DNA of 64,000 bases from Eledone cirrhosa. Lineage: Eukaryota. Of this stretch, positions 62,880 to 64,000 are shown in pieces. Numbering within the stretch: the stretch's first letter is position 1; each line of letters starts with the position of its first letter. The notes below the pieces were generated by a model. The model had not been told where the DNA came from. It worked only from the letters and a program-made list of their open reading frames with translations, and made no database searches. Made by a program: the position numbers and the translations under genes. The DNA is taken from assembly GCA_964016885.1 (NCBI GenBank), contig CAXHJY010000704.1, positions 1 through 64,000 on the forward strand, in the 5' to 3' direction.

Positions 62880-64000
62880 GTGAGTGATGGATTAGATCAA
62901 CTACCCAAGAGCAGGTACAATCTGAGTGATGGGTTAGATTGACTACCCTAGAGCAGGTACAATCTGAGTGAAGGGTTACATTAACTACCCAAGAGCAGGT
63001 ACAATCTGAGTGATGGGTTAGATTGACTACCCTAGAGCAGGTACAATCTGAGTGAAGGGTTACATTAACTACCCAAGAGCAGGTACAATCTGAGTGATGG
63101 GTTACATTAACTACCCAAGAGCAGGTACAATCTGAGTGAAGGGTTAGATTGACTACCCAAGAGCAGGTACAATCTGAGTGATGGGTTAGATTGACTACCC
63201 TAGAGCAGGTACAATCTGAGTGATGGGTTAGATTGACTACCCTAGAGCAGGTACAATCTGAGTGAAGGGTTACATTAACTACCCAAGAGCAGGTACAATC
63301 TGAGTGATGGGTTAGATTGACTACCCTAGAGCAGGTACAATCTGAGTGATGGGTTAGATTGACTACCCTAGAGCAGGTACAATCTGAGTGATGGGTTAGA
63401 TTAACTACCCAAGAGCAGGTACAATCTGAGTGATGGGTTAGATTGACTACCCTAGAGCAGGTACAATCTGAGTGATGGGTTAGATTGACTACCCTAGAGC
63501 AGGTACAATCTGAGTGAAGGGTTACATTAACTACCCAAGAGCAGGTACAATCTGAGTGATGGGTTAGATTGACTACCCTAGAGCAGGTACAATCTGAGTG
63601 ATGGGTTAGATTGACTACCCTAGAGCAGGTACAATCTGAGTGATGGGTTAGATTAACTACCCAAGAGCAGGTACAATCTGAGTGATGGGTTAGATTGACT
63701 ACCCAAGAGCAGGTACAATCTGAGTGATGGGTTAGATTGACTACCCTAGAGCAGGTACAATCTGAGTGATGGGTTAGATTAACTACCCAAGAGCAGGTAC
63801 AATCTGAGTGATGGGTTAGATTGACTACCCAAGAGCAGGTACAATCTGAGTGATGGGTTAGATTGACTACCCTAGAGCAGGTACAATTTGAGTGATGGGC
63901 TAGATTCACTACCCAAGAGCAGATACAATCTGAGTGAAGGGTTACATTAACTACCCAAGAGCAGGTACAATCTGAGTGATGGGTTAGATTGACTACCCTA
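62880..64000. repeat. 42-bp tandem satellite, about 27 copies, running off the window end
   Basis: Unit TGAGTGATGGGTTAGATTGACTACCC(T/A)AGAGCAGGTACAATC, variant ..GAAGGGTTACATTAAC.. Confidence 0.97.

Noticed and set aside
62880-64000. CRISPR-like array or hammerhead array (CTGAGTGA plus hairpin)
   Set aside because: No unique spacers and no cas genes; no GAAA/UH half of a hammerhead core; it is a plain tandem repeat

Overview
AT-rich, microsatellite-dense animal genomic DNA. The repeat families resemble those of coleoid cephalopods (Octopus-like); this is an inference. The window is almost entirely transposon-laden intron. One host exon is recognisable and is absent from the ORF track: an 84-nt minus-strand exon (34004-34087) encoding the KH-domain GxxG segment of mitochondrial PNPase (PNPT1). 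About 24 kb is RTE-clade LINE sequence from at least three subfamilies. It includes one intact copy (18501-21985, 1039-aa APE-RT ORF) and a near-identical inverted twin (29518-32805). Every copy that spans that part of the RT carries a C4HC3 PHD-like finger inserted inside it. Also present are Penelope-like (GIY-YIG) elements, tRNA-derived SINEs, R4/CRE/CR1-L2 relics, a piggyBac-type MITE and a 42-bp satellite. The strongest signal not explained by the ORF track is a series of type I hammerhead ribozyme motifs (intact, mutated, halved or split). Most sit in fold-back DNA palindromes with one shared layout, an inverted copy of the 3' tail joined to a 5'-truncated element, inserted in (TA)n tracts.
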